A stretch of 64,000 nt of DNA, from assembly GCA_963665075.1 (NCBI GenBank), contig OY762063.1, forward strand, positions 502,844 to 566,843, given 5' to 3'. A program made the translations under genes and the position numbers. Positions 36,954 through 46,541 of the stretch are shown here, one piece after another. Position 1 is the stretch's first letter; each line of letters begins with the position of its first letter. Under the pieces are notes generated by a model that was not told where the DNA came from, ran no database searches, and was given only the letters and a program-made list of their open reading frames with translations. Source of the stretch: Dehalococcoidia bacterium. Lineage in GTDB: Bacteria; Chloroflexota; Dehalococcoidia; Lucifugimonadales; GCA-2712585.

Positions 36954-37913
36954 TCATCCTGTCTTCAACCACACCTTTGCGGGATCCTCACCGCAGTGTT
37001 CCAACAAGCCTATACATGAAGGAACCGATCCCACTGACCCTATCCATGTGTCAATATACAAGCCATTTGACAACGTTTTATGTTCGTAAAAAAGGGTGCC
37101 GTTCCGGCCTTCGGGTTTCACATTTACCAGATAATAATCATCTTTAAACCTTGAATGAACGGGACACACTTCCACCGTCAACTTACCTATACGAATCAGG
37201 TATTCCGCAACCTCCATAGCAAGCCGATTCCAAAACTTAACTCCCCGCTCCTCTCCATTGTCAAACAGTATAATGGGAGGTGGCTTGGTCTTCTTAATTG
37301 GCTCAAAGTCCACCAGACTCGTCCATCCTTCTCTAGGTTTACCGACGGGCGGAGTGGTTGTGGGAGGCTCAGGACCCTGAGAATGTGGTGGAGAAACTTC
37401 AACAATTGGCTTTGTGACAGTCTTAGGACTTCCAGTAGCCATATTCGCGCGCCAAAGCAACAGAAACTGTAAGGACAGTTCGGGCGTAGGATTTTGCAAA
37501 ACGGAGGCTTTCAGCATCGAGCGTTCGCTGAGAGGTTTCTGGTCGAAAACGCTATAGATTTCCCAACGATTGCCGTCCGTTAGACCGGCAAACGGAACGC
37601 CATCAATGTTGGCGTAGTTGAGCATCTGCATTCGTTCGTTCTCGGAGAGTGCAGAGTCAAGACTCTTCGCCTCCAGAACAACGATCGGTTTGCCGTCGGA
37701 TCCTAAGAGTGCGTAGTCCGCTTTCTTACCACCCACTACATACTCCAGCGTCACTACATTTGGGTCAGCCGTATCCCACCCCAACGCGCAAAGTAGTGGA
37801 TCAATCAGCGAAACACGGGTGCGGTATTCGTTAGAGGAAAGAACTTCCCGATGGGAAGCAATCCGCTCCTTCAGAGTCTCAATAACCCCCACCAATTCAT
37901 CCAACAACATCAC
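36954..37913 (-). CDS. HsdR_N-type PD-(D/E)xK nuclease-domain protein (paralogue 2) with a Pro-rich linker and an unknown C-terminal domain
   Basis: 319 aa. It begins with SNEYRTRVSLIDPLLCALGWD, followed by KADYALL...KPIVVLEAKS (D...ExK). The gene is AT-rich. Confidence 0.7.
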   Translation of the reverse strand: MMLLDELVGVIETLKERIASHREVLSSNEYRTRVSLIDPLLCALGWDTADPNVVTLEYVVGGKKADYALLGSDGKPIVVLEAKSLDSALSENERMQMLNYANIDGVPFAGLTDGNRWEIYSVFDQKPLSERSMLKASVLQNPTPELSLQFLLLWRANMATGSPKTVTKPIVEVSPPHSQGPEPPTTTPPVGKPREGWTSLVDFEPIKKTKPPPIILFDNGEERGVKFWNRLAMEVAEYLIRIGKLTVEVCPVHSRFKDDYYLVNVKPEGRNGTLFYEHKTLSNGLYIDTWIGSVGSVPSCIGLLEHCGEDPAKVWLKTG

Positions 37914-37977
37914 TAACCCCCATGATCAAATCCGTCATCATCACTTCGTATACAACTACTGTGGATAATACAACTTA

Positions 37978-39147
37978 TCAATTTTTAGGATAAGCATCGT
38001 AAGCTTTTTGGATAAGTTCGCCAATGGTTTTGCGCCGTTCTTTGTCTACCAAATCAGACTCTTTAACCCTGATGCGATAGCGTCTCCATTGCTTATCGTA
38101 AGGGAGAAGGTCGAGATTGCTCCCTTCTAACCAAGAGGAAAAATCGTCATCCTGCACAATTAGGAACCCAGCGATTAGATGTGCTTTGCGAGGCTGGAAT
38201 ATTACAAAGTTTTGTGCATTTCTGCCAGGCACAGCAAGGCCAATATAGTGCTTATTGTACTTCGGTCCTATTCCCGGAAATACCTCTTGAACCATCTCAA
38301 CCAAGCTATCAACCAGAGAAAGACTTGCAACCGATGCCTTGCGTTCCCAAAATGTCCGATTGAAGACCACACCCTCATGCACTGAATCTGTTTCATGTGC
38401 ATCATCTATTTTAGTCACTTCCGTTTGTTCCACACTGACAGCAAGGTTGGCAACAAAAAAGTCCTTCAACGCCTCTCTCACGTGTTTGGTAAAACGCACC
38501 ACGGTATCTGGCGTTATAGACCCTTCGTAAATCTTGCTCATTAACCACTCAACAAAATCCTTCTGTGGGTTCTTCAATTCCGCAGCCAGTACCTTGTGAA
38601 TTGCCGTGCGGTAGTAAAGTTCTTCACTGATTCTAGAAACATTTTCAGCATTGAAATTGCCCTTGGAAAAGGCCATCAAAGTATCCAAGTCCCCAGACGA
38701 GAGGTTTGTTATGTCAACTACAAAGAAGGGCTTGGTATCCATCGCATTCTTCTTCACGACGTCGCCATAGAACCGATACTCGGCCCCGTTCGTTAGTACG
38801 CCTACTTTAGCGGATGTAGCCCCGAAGTATCTGTAGAGTTGCGACAGGTGCTCACCCTCGTTCAAACGGACTTTCAGGCTCTTGGATTCAACCAAAATGA
38901 GTGGCTCGCCGTCTGTCAGAAGAGCATAGTCAACCTTATCGTTTGACTTGACGCCAGGAACGCCCGCCTTGTATTCAACTGTCACCAGTGCTGGATCCGC
39001 TGTGTCCCATCCCAAGACAGCCAAGAGTGGATCGATCAATGAGGCGCGAGTTTGCGACTCACTGGCCTCAAGGGTAGAGCCATGATCCCTAATCCGTGAT
39101 TTCAAAGACTCAATGACAGACGTTAGGTTGTCCAACACTCTAGCCAA
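37978..39147 (-). CDS. HsdR_N-type PD-(D/E)xK nuclease-domain protein (paralogue 1) with a distinct C-terminal extension
   Basis: 389 aa. It begins with SESQTRASLIDPLLAVLGWD, followed by KVDYALL...EPLILVESKS (D...ExK). The first ~130 aa are clearly paralogous to 36954-37913. The gene is AT-rich. Confidence 0.7.
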   Translation of the reverse strand: MARVLDNLTSVIESLKSRIRDHGSTLEASESQTRASLIDPLLAVLGWDTADPALVTVEYKAGVPGVKSNDKVDYALLTDGEPLILVESKSLKVRLNEGEHLSQLYRYFGATSAKVGVLTNGAEYRFYGDVVKKNAMDTKPFFVVDITNLSSGDLDTLMAFSKGNFNAENVSRISEELYYRTAIHKVLAAELKNPQKDFVEWLMSKIYEGSITPDTVVRFTKHVREALKDFFVANLAVSVEQTEVTKIDDAHETDSVHEGVVFNRTFWERKASVASLSLVDSLVEMVQEVFPGIGPKYNKHYIGLAVPGRNAQNFVIFQPRKAHLIAGFLIVQDDDFSSWLEGSNLDLLPYDKQWRRYRIRVKESDLVDKERRKTIGELIQKAYDAYPKN

Positions 39148-39174
39148 CTCCTCTCATTTAAATCCACTCCGACT

Positions 39175-40209
39175 CTACCCTCCCACCCACTCAAACACCT
39201 GCACCCGCGCCCGCGCCGTGTCCACCACGAACACCCGCCCCGCAGCGTCAACCTTCACCGTCGTCGGCGCCCAGAACAGCTTCTCCACCATCGCCGACTC
39301 CTGACGCAACCGATCCCCCGGCGGATACTCCGGCTCAGGCTCCATGTTCGCCTTCTCCCGCTCCGCCAACTCGTCCAAATTCGTCGTGAAATACTCGTGC
39401 GCCCACTTGGAAAGCCCCGACTCCCCCCTCAGACTGGCCAGCCGCTCCCCCTCCTGCGTCAAAACCTGCACCCGCTCATTCCCCCAATCCGCCACGTACA
39501 TCACCCCGTCGCTGTCCACCGCCAACCCCGACGGACGATTGAACGCCCCATCCTCAGCGTCGGACCCACCCCACGCCCTCAAAAACTCCCCCGACGCCGA
39601 AAACTTCTGAATCCTATCGTTCCGCCAGTCCGCCACGTACACGTTGCCGTCGGCGTCCGAAGCCAACCCCCACGGCATATTGAACTCCCCATCCCCGTCG
39701 CCCGCGCTCCCCCACTGCGACACAAACTCCCCCTCCGCCGTATACCTCTGCACCCGATGATTCAGGCTGTCCGACACCAGCAGAACCCCATCGGAATCAA
39801 ACATGATCCCCGAAGGACGGTCGAACTCCCCCTCTCCGCTCCCCCGCTTCCCCCACTTCCCCAAATACTCCCCGTCCTTGTCCCAGACCGAAATCCGATT
39901 CAGCGCCTCGTCCGACACGTACGCTCGCCCATCGGAATCCAACGCAATCGACGAAGGCCACATTATCTGCCCGTCCTCCGTCCCGCCGTAGCTGAACTCC
40001 CCCAGGTACTCCTCGTCCACCGTGCACTTCGTCACTCGCTTCGACACGTAATCGTCGAACGCGTCCGTCCCGCCCCGGCTTGGCACGTACATAATCCCGT
40101 CGCTGTCGAAGGCCAGGTCCACCGGATTGGCGAACCCCCGACCTCCTTGCAGCGACATAAACCCAACGGTATGGCTGTATTGCAGCTTGGCTGCCGTCTT
40201 CGTAATCAT
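39175..40209 (-). CDS. NHL-repeat six-bladed beta-propeller protein (cassette copy 2)
   Basis: 344 aa. It has repeated G.G.GEF..P.G...D.DG..YV(A/S)D..N.R(I/V)Q blades. Confidence 0.85.
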   Translation of the reverse strand: MITKTAAKLQYSHTVGFMSLQGGRGFANPVDLAFDSDGIMYVPSRGGTDAFDDYVSKRVTKCTVDEEYLGEFSYGGTEDGQIMWPSSIALDSDGRAYVSDEALNRISVWDKDGEYLGKWGKRGSGEGEFDRPSGIMFDSDGVLLVSDSLNHRVQRYTAEGEFVSQWGSAGDGDGEFNMPWGLASDADGNVYVADWRNDRIQKFSASGEFLRAWGGSDAEDGAFNRPSGLAVDSDGVMYVADWGNERVQVLTQEGERLASLRGESGLSKWAHEYFTTNLDELAEREKANMEPEPEYPPGDRLRQESAMVEKLFWAPTTVKVDAAGRVFVVDTARARVQVFEWVGG

Positions 40210-40216
40210 CTTCTCC

Positions 40217-41653
40217 TCACGCCAACTGATATTCTGTGGTCGCCGCTATCACCTGTAGCAGCTGCGAAATCGCCTCCGATGAAGCCTGCGCGTCCTCCGG
40301 CGCCTCGAAGCACAACACTCCCGCCGCCTCCGCGTGGGCCACCAGGTCGCCCCGCGTCTGCTCCGACACGCGAACGTGCCCCAAAAGCCCCAGACATTCG
40401 TCCACCAACGACTCCGGCGAAGCGTAAGCCCCGCTCTCCCGGATGCGCCGAATCATCGACTGAACCCCGGGCCGGTTGTAGTCCGCGAACTCACCCGCCG
40501 CGAAGTTCATCCGGCTCACCAAACTGCCCGTATTCACCCACTCCACCCCCGTATGCCACCCCTCCACGCTCGGCGGGTCCAGCAGGATCTGACCCATGTT
40601 GGACGTCTCATCCGCCAGCCGCAAATCGTCCAGTTGCGGGAAGGAATAGCCCCCCGCCAGCTTCGCCGTCCCCACCACGAACTCTGTCGGACTCTTAATC
40701 TTGGCGAAGGCCGCCTCCTTGAAGAAGTCCGAATTCAACAGCGTCCGCATCACCGTCCGCATATCGAAGCCGCTTTCGTTGAACGCCCGCGCCAGCGTCT
40801 CCACCGCTTCCGGATCCCGCGGCGGCGTCGTGTTCCACGCCGGCACCTGCGGCTCGTCAGCCACGAAGAAGTTGTACAGATGACGCCCCACGAACCGCCC
40901 CGTCGCCGGATGCTCGCAGATTATATCAATGATGTCCTCGCCGTTGAACGTGCCACGATTGCCGAGGAACTCCTTCTCATCGTCGTCATGGTCGTCGCCC
41001 CGATACTGGAAGTGCCAGTCCAGCCGCCCGTAGGGCCAGATGGAATCCCGGTCCGTCCGCGCCTGATGCAGCGTCGCGTCCGCGATAGTCCAGCCCGTGA
41101 AGGCGTGGGAAGCCTGCCGCACGTCGTCCTCCGTATAATTGCCCACGCCCATCGAAAACAGTTCCAGCAACTCCCGCCCATAGTTCTCGTTGACGGCGCC
41201 CTTGTGGTTGTCCTTGTTGTCCAGCCAGAAAATCATCGCCGGGTCCCTGGAAATCTCCACCAGTATCCGATGGAAGCTCCCCAACCCCAGACGCCGGAAC
41301 ATCTCTATCTGGTTCAGAATCGCCTTGGGATGATTCAGCTTCGTGTAGCCCGTCGCGAAGATGCTGTGATAGAAGAGCGCCAGCTTCTCCTCCAATGGCC
41401 GCCGCGTGTTGATCATCCGGTAGATCCAATAGGTCTGGCAGCTCTGAATCGCCATCAGATTGCCGCCGTCCACGTGATACCGCCTCAACAAATCCTCGTC
41501 CTCCAGCGCCGGCGGCTGCGACTCCGGATGCAGCAGCTCCTCCACCGTCGCCTCGTACCCCTTCGCCGCCCGCTCCTCAACCTCCTCCCTCGTCGCCCCG
41601 AATCCCGCCCTTCTCATCAAGTGCGCCATCAGCGCCAGATCTTTTTCCGACAT
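40217..41653 (-). CDS. DUF1800 domain-containing protein (cassette copy 2)
   Basis: It begins MSEKDLALMAHLMRRAGFGATREEVEERAAKGYEATVEELLHPE. The start at 41653 follows the SD GGAGGGGGAG; the ORF track start is 41800. It ends 7 bp before the NHL gene. Confidence 0.85.
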   Translation of the reverse strand: MSEKDLALMAHLMRRAGFGATREEVEERAAKGYEATVEELLHPESQPPALEDEDLLRRYHVDGGNLMAIQSCQTYWIYRMINTRRPLEEKLALFYHSIFATGYTKLNHPKAILNQIEMFRRLGLGSFHRILVEISRDPAMIFWLDNKDNHKGAVNENYGRELLELFSMGVGNYTEDDVRQASHAFTGWTIADATLHQARTDRDSIWPYGRLDWHFQYRGDDHDDDEKEFLGNRGTFNGEDIIDIICEHPATGRFVGRHLYNFFVADEPQVPAWNTTPPRDPEAVETLARAFNESGFDMRTVMRTLLNSDFFKEAAFAKIKSPTEFVVGTAKLAGGYSFPQLDDLRLADETSNMGQILLDPPSVEGWHTGVEWVNTGSLVSRMNFAAGEFADYNRPGVQSMIRRIRESGAYASPESLVDECLGLLGHVRVSEQTRGDLVAHAEAAGVLCFEAPEDAQASSEAISQLLQVIAATTEYQLA

Positions 41654-41818
41654 AACTCCCCCTCCGTCTACCATTGTTTTTCGACTTGAACCGTCACAAC
41701 AGAATCTATCACCCCGCAATTTAAGCGTCAATGCACACACCCAAAATCGAGGACTCCAAGACAAAGCAGAACTACACATGGTTGACGCTAGTAATGGCAA
41801 TCGTTATTATCGCTTGAA

Positions 41819-42097
41819 GTGAAGCGATTTAGGAACGACGAAGCTCAAAGGCTTTTCGCCGGCCAAAGAGCTCGCCGACTACCTCAAGACATTCAGCGAC
41901 GGGCCCGACTCAGGTTGCAGCGCGTTGTGGCTGCGGCGGCTTTAACTGACCTGCGCGTGCCGCCATCTCATCGCCTTGAGGCGTTGCGGGGTGATAGGGA
42001 AGGCCGATTTAGTATCCGCGTCAATAATCAGTGGCGGGTGTGCTTCGTGTGGACGGACCAAGGGGCGATGGAAATTGAAGTCGTCGACTACCACTAG
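41819..42097 (+). CDS. higB: HigB-type (RelE/ParE superfamily, plasmid-maintenance killer) toxin
   Basis: 92 aa with a GTG start. It contains L..L.....L.DL..PPSHRLEALRGDREGRFSIRVNNQWRVCFVW, which matches the HigB/killer-protein pattern. Confidence 0.8.
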   Translation: MKRFRNDEAQRLFAGQRARRLPQDIQRRARLRLQRVVAAAALTDLRVPPSHRLEALRGDREGRFSIRVNNQWRVCFVWTDQGAMEIEVVDYH

Positions 42098-42108
42098 GAA
42101 GGAATTTC

Positions 42109-42414
42109 ATGTCATATATTGAACCTATCCACCCAGGCGAGCACCTGCAGGAGCTTCTGGAAGAGTTGGGTATCACCCAATATCGTCTGGCAAAGACCAT
42201 CGGAGTCCCCCAGATTCGCATAAGCGACATCGTGCGCCGCCGCCGGTCTATCACTGCCGATACTGCATTGCGAATCGGACGTGCCTTAGGCACGACTCCC
42301 GACTTCTGGCTGAATCTTCAGCGCATGTACGACCTGGATGTTGCCCGCGCCAAGACCAACGTCACAGACATCAAACCCCTCGTCGCCATCTCCCACCAAC
42401 CATCCAACACGTGA
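42109..42414 (+). CDS. higA: HigA-family antitoxin (XRE HTH)
   Basis: 101 aa. It begins IHPGEHLQELLEELGITQYRLAKTIGVPQIRISDIVRRRRSITADTALRIGRALGTTPDFWLNLQ, the canonical HigA/VapI pattern. It lies 11 bp after higB. Confidence 0.85.
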   Translation: MSYIEPIHPGEHLQELLEELGITQYRLAKTIGVPQIRISDIVRRRRSITADTALRIGRALGTTPDFWLNLQRMYDLDVARAKTNVTDIKPLVAISHQPSNT

Positions 42415-42457
42415 GACGTAAATCTGGAAGACTGTCACTAGCAGGGGAGTACAGGCC

Positions 42458-42721
42458 ATGACTGAGAGAAACCCCCTCCACCCGTCAGAGACAATCAAGG
42501 ACTGCTTGGAAGCCGTAGGCTGGAGCGTAGGAGAATTCGCCGACAAGCTGGGTATTAGCCGCAACACTGCTTCCCGCCTCCTGAACGGGCATTGCGGCAT
42601 CTCTCCTGCTATGGCCTTAGCCCTTGAACGAATTGGCTGGAGCAACGCCAATTTCTGGATGAGACGCCAATCTAGGTTTGACCTCGCCGCCGCCCGCCGC
42701 GCCCTCGCCATCAAATCCTAA
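42458..42721 (+). CDS. Second HigA-like XRE-HTH antitoxin homologue
   Basis: 87 aa. It contains LHPSETIKDCLEAVGWSVGEFADKLGISRNTASRLLNGHCGISPAMALALERIGWSNANFWMRRQ, the same family pattern as the preceding gene. Confidence 0.7.
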   Translation: MTERNPLHPSETIKDCLEAVGWSVGEFADKLGISRNTASRLLNGHCGISPAMALALERIGWSNANFWMRRQSRFDLAAARRALAIKS

Positions 42722-42799
42722 CCCCCCTTGGCGAAAACCCTCCCGTGGCGTAACATTCACCCAATCCGGCGCAACAGCGCCATGCCAAGGGAGAAAAAC

Positions 42800-44221
42800 A
42801 TGGACGCCAACACACTCACCGACCTTACCGGCGCTCAGATGGCCCGGCTCATCGCCTCCAAAGACCTGTCCCCCGTCGAACTCACCAACGCCTACATTGA
42901 CCGCATCGACGAGTTGAACCCCAAGGTTAACGCCTTCGTCACCGTCTGCCAGGAAGAAGCCCTCGTCGACGCCCGACGCGCCGAGGATGCGGTCATGCGC
43001 GGCTACGAACTCCAACCCCTCCACGGCCTCCCCTTCGGCGCCAAAGACCAGTTCGACACGAAAGGCGTCGTCACCACCTCCGGCTCCCGCAGCCTCTCCG
43101 CCAACATACCGCCCGAAGACGCAACCGTCATCGCCCGCACCAAAGCTGCCGGGGCCGTCCTAATCGGCAAGACCAGCATGACCCAATTCGCCTCCGGACT
43201 CGGCGACCCCTGGCAGTTCGGCGAACCGCCCCGCAACCCGTGGGATCTGGAGCGCGATACCATCGGCTCCAGCAACGGCTCCGCCATCGCCATCGCCGCC
43301 TCCATGTGCGCCATCTCCCTCGGCGAAGACACCGGCGGCTCCATCCGCTGCCCCTCCTCCGCCACCGGCGCCGTCGGCTTCCGTCCCACCTGGGGCCGCT
43401 TGAGCCGCTACCGGATGCACGGCCTCTCCTGGTCGATGGACTCCGCCGGCCCCATCACCCGCTCCGTCGAAGACGCCGCCCTCATGCTCAACGCCGTCGC
43501 CGGATATGACCCCAAGGACGGCCTCACCACCAAGCGACCCGTACCCGACTACACCCAGTCCCTCGACGCCGATATAAAAGGAAAGCGCATCGGCCTCATC
43601 CAGGATTTCATGGACCCCGATTTCTGCGAAGCCGAAGTTGTCGAAGCAGTCACCGCCGCCGCCAACCACATCGAAAGCCTCGGAGCAACCGTCGAAGAAG
43701 TGTCCCTGCCCATGCTCCGTGACGCCCGTCTCATCGCCAGCCCCGTCACCGGCAGCGACGCCGGCCACGTCCACGAACGTAACCTCCGCGAACACCCCGA
43801 ACACTACGGACGCAACCTCCGCCTACGCCTCATCGTAGACCTCCTCCTCCCAGGCCGCGTACTCCAGGCCGCCAGCCGCGCCCGCGCCATCATGCGCCGC
43901 GAGTGGCTCAACCTCCTACGCCCCTACGACGTCTTGATCGCCCCAACCCTCATGTTCACCCTCAAGAAAATTCACTACGCCAACCCAATCACCGAGCGTG
44001 ACCAGGCCCGCGGTCGCTTCGGCACAGGCACCGGCGACGTGACCATCGTCGCCGCCTTCCTCGGCACCCCCGCCATGACGGTCCCCTGCGGCTTCGACTC
44101 CAACGGCGTCCCCATCGGCCTCATGTTCATGGCCGCCCCCTACAAGGAGGAAAATATCCTCAACGTCGGCCACGCCTACGAACAAACCACCCCCTGGCAC
44201 ACCCGCCGCCCCAACCTCTAG
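42800..44221 (+). CDS. Amidase (amidase-signature family), paralogue of 3682-5088
   Basis: It begins MDANTLTDLTGAQMARLIASKDLSPVELT and carries the motifs GSSNGSA and GEDTGGSIRCPSSATGAVGFRPT. The start at 42800 follows AGGGAGA; the ORF track start is 42728. Confidence 0.9.
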   Translation: MDANTLTDLTGAQMARLIASKDLSPVELTNAYIDRIDELNPKVNAFVTVCQEEALVDARRAEDAVMRGYELQPLHGLPFGAKDQFDTKGVVTTSGSRSLSANIPPEDATVIARTKAAGAVLIGKTSMTQFASGLGDPWQFGEPPRNPWDLERDTIGSSNGSAIAIAASMCAISLGEDTGGSIRCPSSATGAVGFRPTWGRLSRYRMHGLSWSMDSAGPITRSVEDAALMLNAVAGYDPKDGLTTKRPVPDYTQSLDADIKGKRIGLIQDFMDPDFCEAEVVEAVTAAANHIESLGATVEEVSLPMLRDARLIASPVTGSDAGHVHERNLREHPEHYGRNLRLRLIVDLLLPGRVLQAASRARAIMRREWLNLLRPYDVLIAPTLMFTLKKIHYANPITERDQARGRFGTGTGDVTIVAAFLGTPAMTVPCGFDSNGVPIGLMFMAAPYKEENILNVGHAYEQTTPWHTRRPNL

Positions 44222-44337
44222 AGCCATCGCATACGGAGACCCCACCACAACCGTCATTCCCCGTCACCGCTCATTTTCCCGCGCAGGCGGGAATCCATCT
44301 TCTTTCTTTACCCACATGACCATATAGGCTGCGGAGA

Positions 44338-45336
44338 TTGACCAAACGAGAAGCGGATGAAGAATCCCCAATGCTGACACCCCCAGATCGCGGCGTCAGG
44401 TCTCACTGGCCAGATTTGCCCCGGCGAGTCCGCAGCGAGGTCGAAGGATGGTTGGGCGCAAGGGTTGTTCGCGCCGTCACACAGCCCACCGGCTTTTCCC
44501 CCGGTGTGGCGTCCGTGCTGACCACGAATGACGGCCGCCAGGTTTTCATCAAAGCCGTCGGACCTCGTCCCAATCCCATAACCCCCACCATGCACCGGCA
44601 GGAGATTAAGGTTGTCTCCGCCATGCCGGACACTGTGTCGGTTCCGAGTCTACTCTGGTCTTACGACGAGGGTGTGGATGGCTGGGTTGCGCTGGTCTTC
44701 AAGCATGTGGCAGGTCGTCATCCGGCCCAACCTTGGCGTACCGATGAACTGGACCGCGTAGTCGCAGCTCTGGAAAACCTTGGCGCAACATTGACCCCGA
44801 CCCCACTGCGAAATTCAATTGTCGAGACTGCATCGGATAAGTTCGCATCAGAAATCTGCGGCTGGCGTCAGATGTTGGATGATCCACCATCTTCCTTTCA
44901 CCGCTTGGATGAATGGTCCCGCCGCCATTTGGAGACACTGGCGGCTATCGAAAAGACGGCCGCCGATGCTCTGATAGGAAACACCCTGCTTCACATGGAC
45001 ATCCGGGCAGACAACATGCTGCTGACGTCTGAACGAGTCTGGTTTCTGGACTGGCCCCACGCCTGCAACGGCCCTTCGTGGCTGGACGTCGTCGCGTTTG
45101 CTCCCAGCGTGACGATGCAGGGCGGGCCTCCCCCGGAGGAAGTCATCTCAAGACATCCTGCGTGCCACGCTGCCGAAAGCGATTCAATAACGTCGGCAGT
45201 GGTGTCCATAGCGGGATACTTCACCCGCCAAGCCATGCTGCCGCCCCCTCCCGGTCTGCCTACCGTACGCGCATTCCAGGCGCCCCAAGGTTTGGTCGCC
45301 AGGAAATGGGCCGCCCAGCGCACCGGCCTCTCCTAG
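44338..45336 (+). CDS. Aminoglycoside/choline-kinase-type phosphotransferase (APH) family protein
   Basis: 332 aa. The catalytic-loop-like segment LLHMDIRADNMLL (HxDxxxxN) is followed by FLDWPHA (DW). The exact start is uncertain, with an alternative at M12. Confidence 0.72.
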   Translation: MTKREADEESPMLTPPDRGVRSHWPDLPRRVRSEVEGWLGARVVRAVTQPTGFSPGVASVLTTNDGRQVFIKAVGPRPNPITPTMHRQEIKVVSAMPDTVSVPSLLWSYDEGVDGWVALVFKHVAGRHPAQPWRTDELDRVVAALENLGATLTPTPLRNSIVETASDKFASEICGWRQMLDDPPSSFHRLDEWSRRHLETLAAIEKTAADALIGNTLLHMDIRADNMLLTSERVWFLDWPHACNGPSWLDVVAFAPSVTMQGGPPPEEVISRHPACHAAESDSITSAVVSIAGYFTRQAMLPPPPGLPTVRAFQAPQGLVARKWAAQRTGLS

Positions 45337-45574
45337 CCTTTCGTAAACAATTATGGAGACCTTTGTATCAGCCCCCCAACAGTGCCGATTAACCTCTTCC
45401 CCCGTGGCCAAATGTCATTCTGAGCGGAGCGAAGCGGAGTCGAAGAATCTCGTTGTCTGCTGCTCGCCTGGCCTAACACCCGTTGACTCATTCCCCCTCC
45501 CCCATTAAACTGCCCTTGAAACACACAGGCGCAACCCCATCCGCGCCCAACTCAACCAACGAGGAGAAACCGGC

Positions 45575-46498
45575 ATGCTCGAACCTGGCCTTTCCCCCTA
45601 CGCCCCCATCGTCGACCGCCCCGTCGTCCGCTGGCCCGACAACGCCCGCGTCGCCCTATGGGTCGCGCCCAACGTCGAATACATGGACTTCATCCCCGCG
45701 CCCAACGACGGTCACGGCGGCTTCTTCCGCAACGTCTACAGCCGCACGCCCCCGCCCGACGTAGCCTCCTTCGCCAACCAGGACTACGGCAACCGCGTCT
45801 GCCTCTGGCGCATGCTGGAGGTCTTCGACCACCACAATATCCGATGCACCGTCTCCCTCAACGAGGCCATCCTGGAGCACTTCCCCTACACCAAGGAAGC
45901 CATGATAAAACGCGACTACGACTTCATGTCCCACGGCATCTACAACAACCGCTTCCTCAACCTTCTTTCCGAGGATGAGGAACGCGCCTTCTTCAAGGAC
46001 TGCGTGGACACCCTCTACGAACACACCGGCAAGAAGCTCAAGGGGATGCTCACTCCCGCCGTCTCCCCTTCCGCCCGCACCCACGACCTGATGGCCGAAG
46101 CGGGCCTCATCTACAACGCCGACTGGGGCCACGACGACCAGCCCTTCCCCATGAAAGTGAAGTCAGGCCGTCTGCTCTCCATGCCCTACAACCTGGACCT
46201 GAACGACGGCACCTACAGCCGCTTCGGCTGCACCCCAGAATACTGGGCCCAGTGCGTCAAGGACCAGTTCGACGTCATGTACGAGGAGGGCGCGGAAAAC
46301 GCCCGCCAGGTCTGCGTCTCCCTGCATCCCTCCGTCATGGGACACCCCAGCCGCATCAAGTACCTCGACGAAGTGCTCGGCTACATGATGAACCACGAAG
46401 GCGTCTGGCAGACCACCGCCGACGACATCGCCCAGTATTACATGGACAACTACTACGACGACATGGTCGCCCACCTCGAAAAAACCGAATACGCCTAA
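45575..46498 (+). CDS. Polysaccharide deacetylase family protein (PuuE/allantoinase-like), paralogue A
   Basis: 307 aa. It contains VALWVAPNVEY, DYGNRVC.WRML, SHG, ADWGHDDQPF and SLHP...GHPSR. Roughly three quarters of residues are identical by eye to 52074-52994. Confidence 0.85.
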   Translation: MLEPGLSPYAPIVDRPVVRWPDNARVALWVAPNVEYMDFIPAPNDGHGGFFRNVYSRTPPPDVASFANQDYGNRVCLWRMLEVFDHHNIRCTVSLNEAILEHFPYTKEAMIKRDYDFMSHGIYNNRFLNLLSEDEERAFFKDCVDTLYEHTGKKLKGMLTPAVSPSARTHDLMAEAGLIYNADWGHDDQPFPMKVKSGRLLSMPYNLDLNDGTYSRFGCTPEYWAQCVKDQFDVMYEEGAENARQVCVSLHPSVMGHPSRIKYLDEVLGYMMNHEGVWQTTADDIAQYYMDNYYDDMVAHLEKTEYA

Positions 46499-46541
46499 AC
46501 GATGATACCTACACAAACAATCCCTTCCCCCTCATCTCCCT

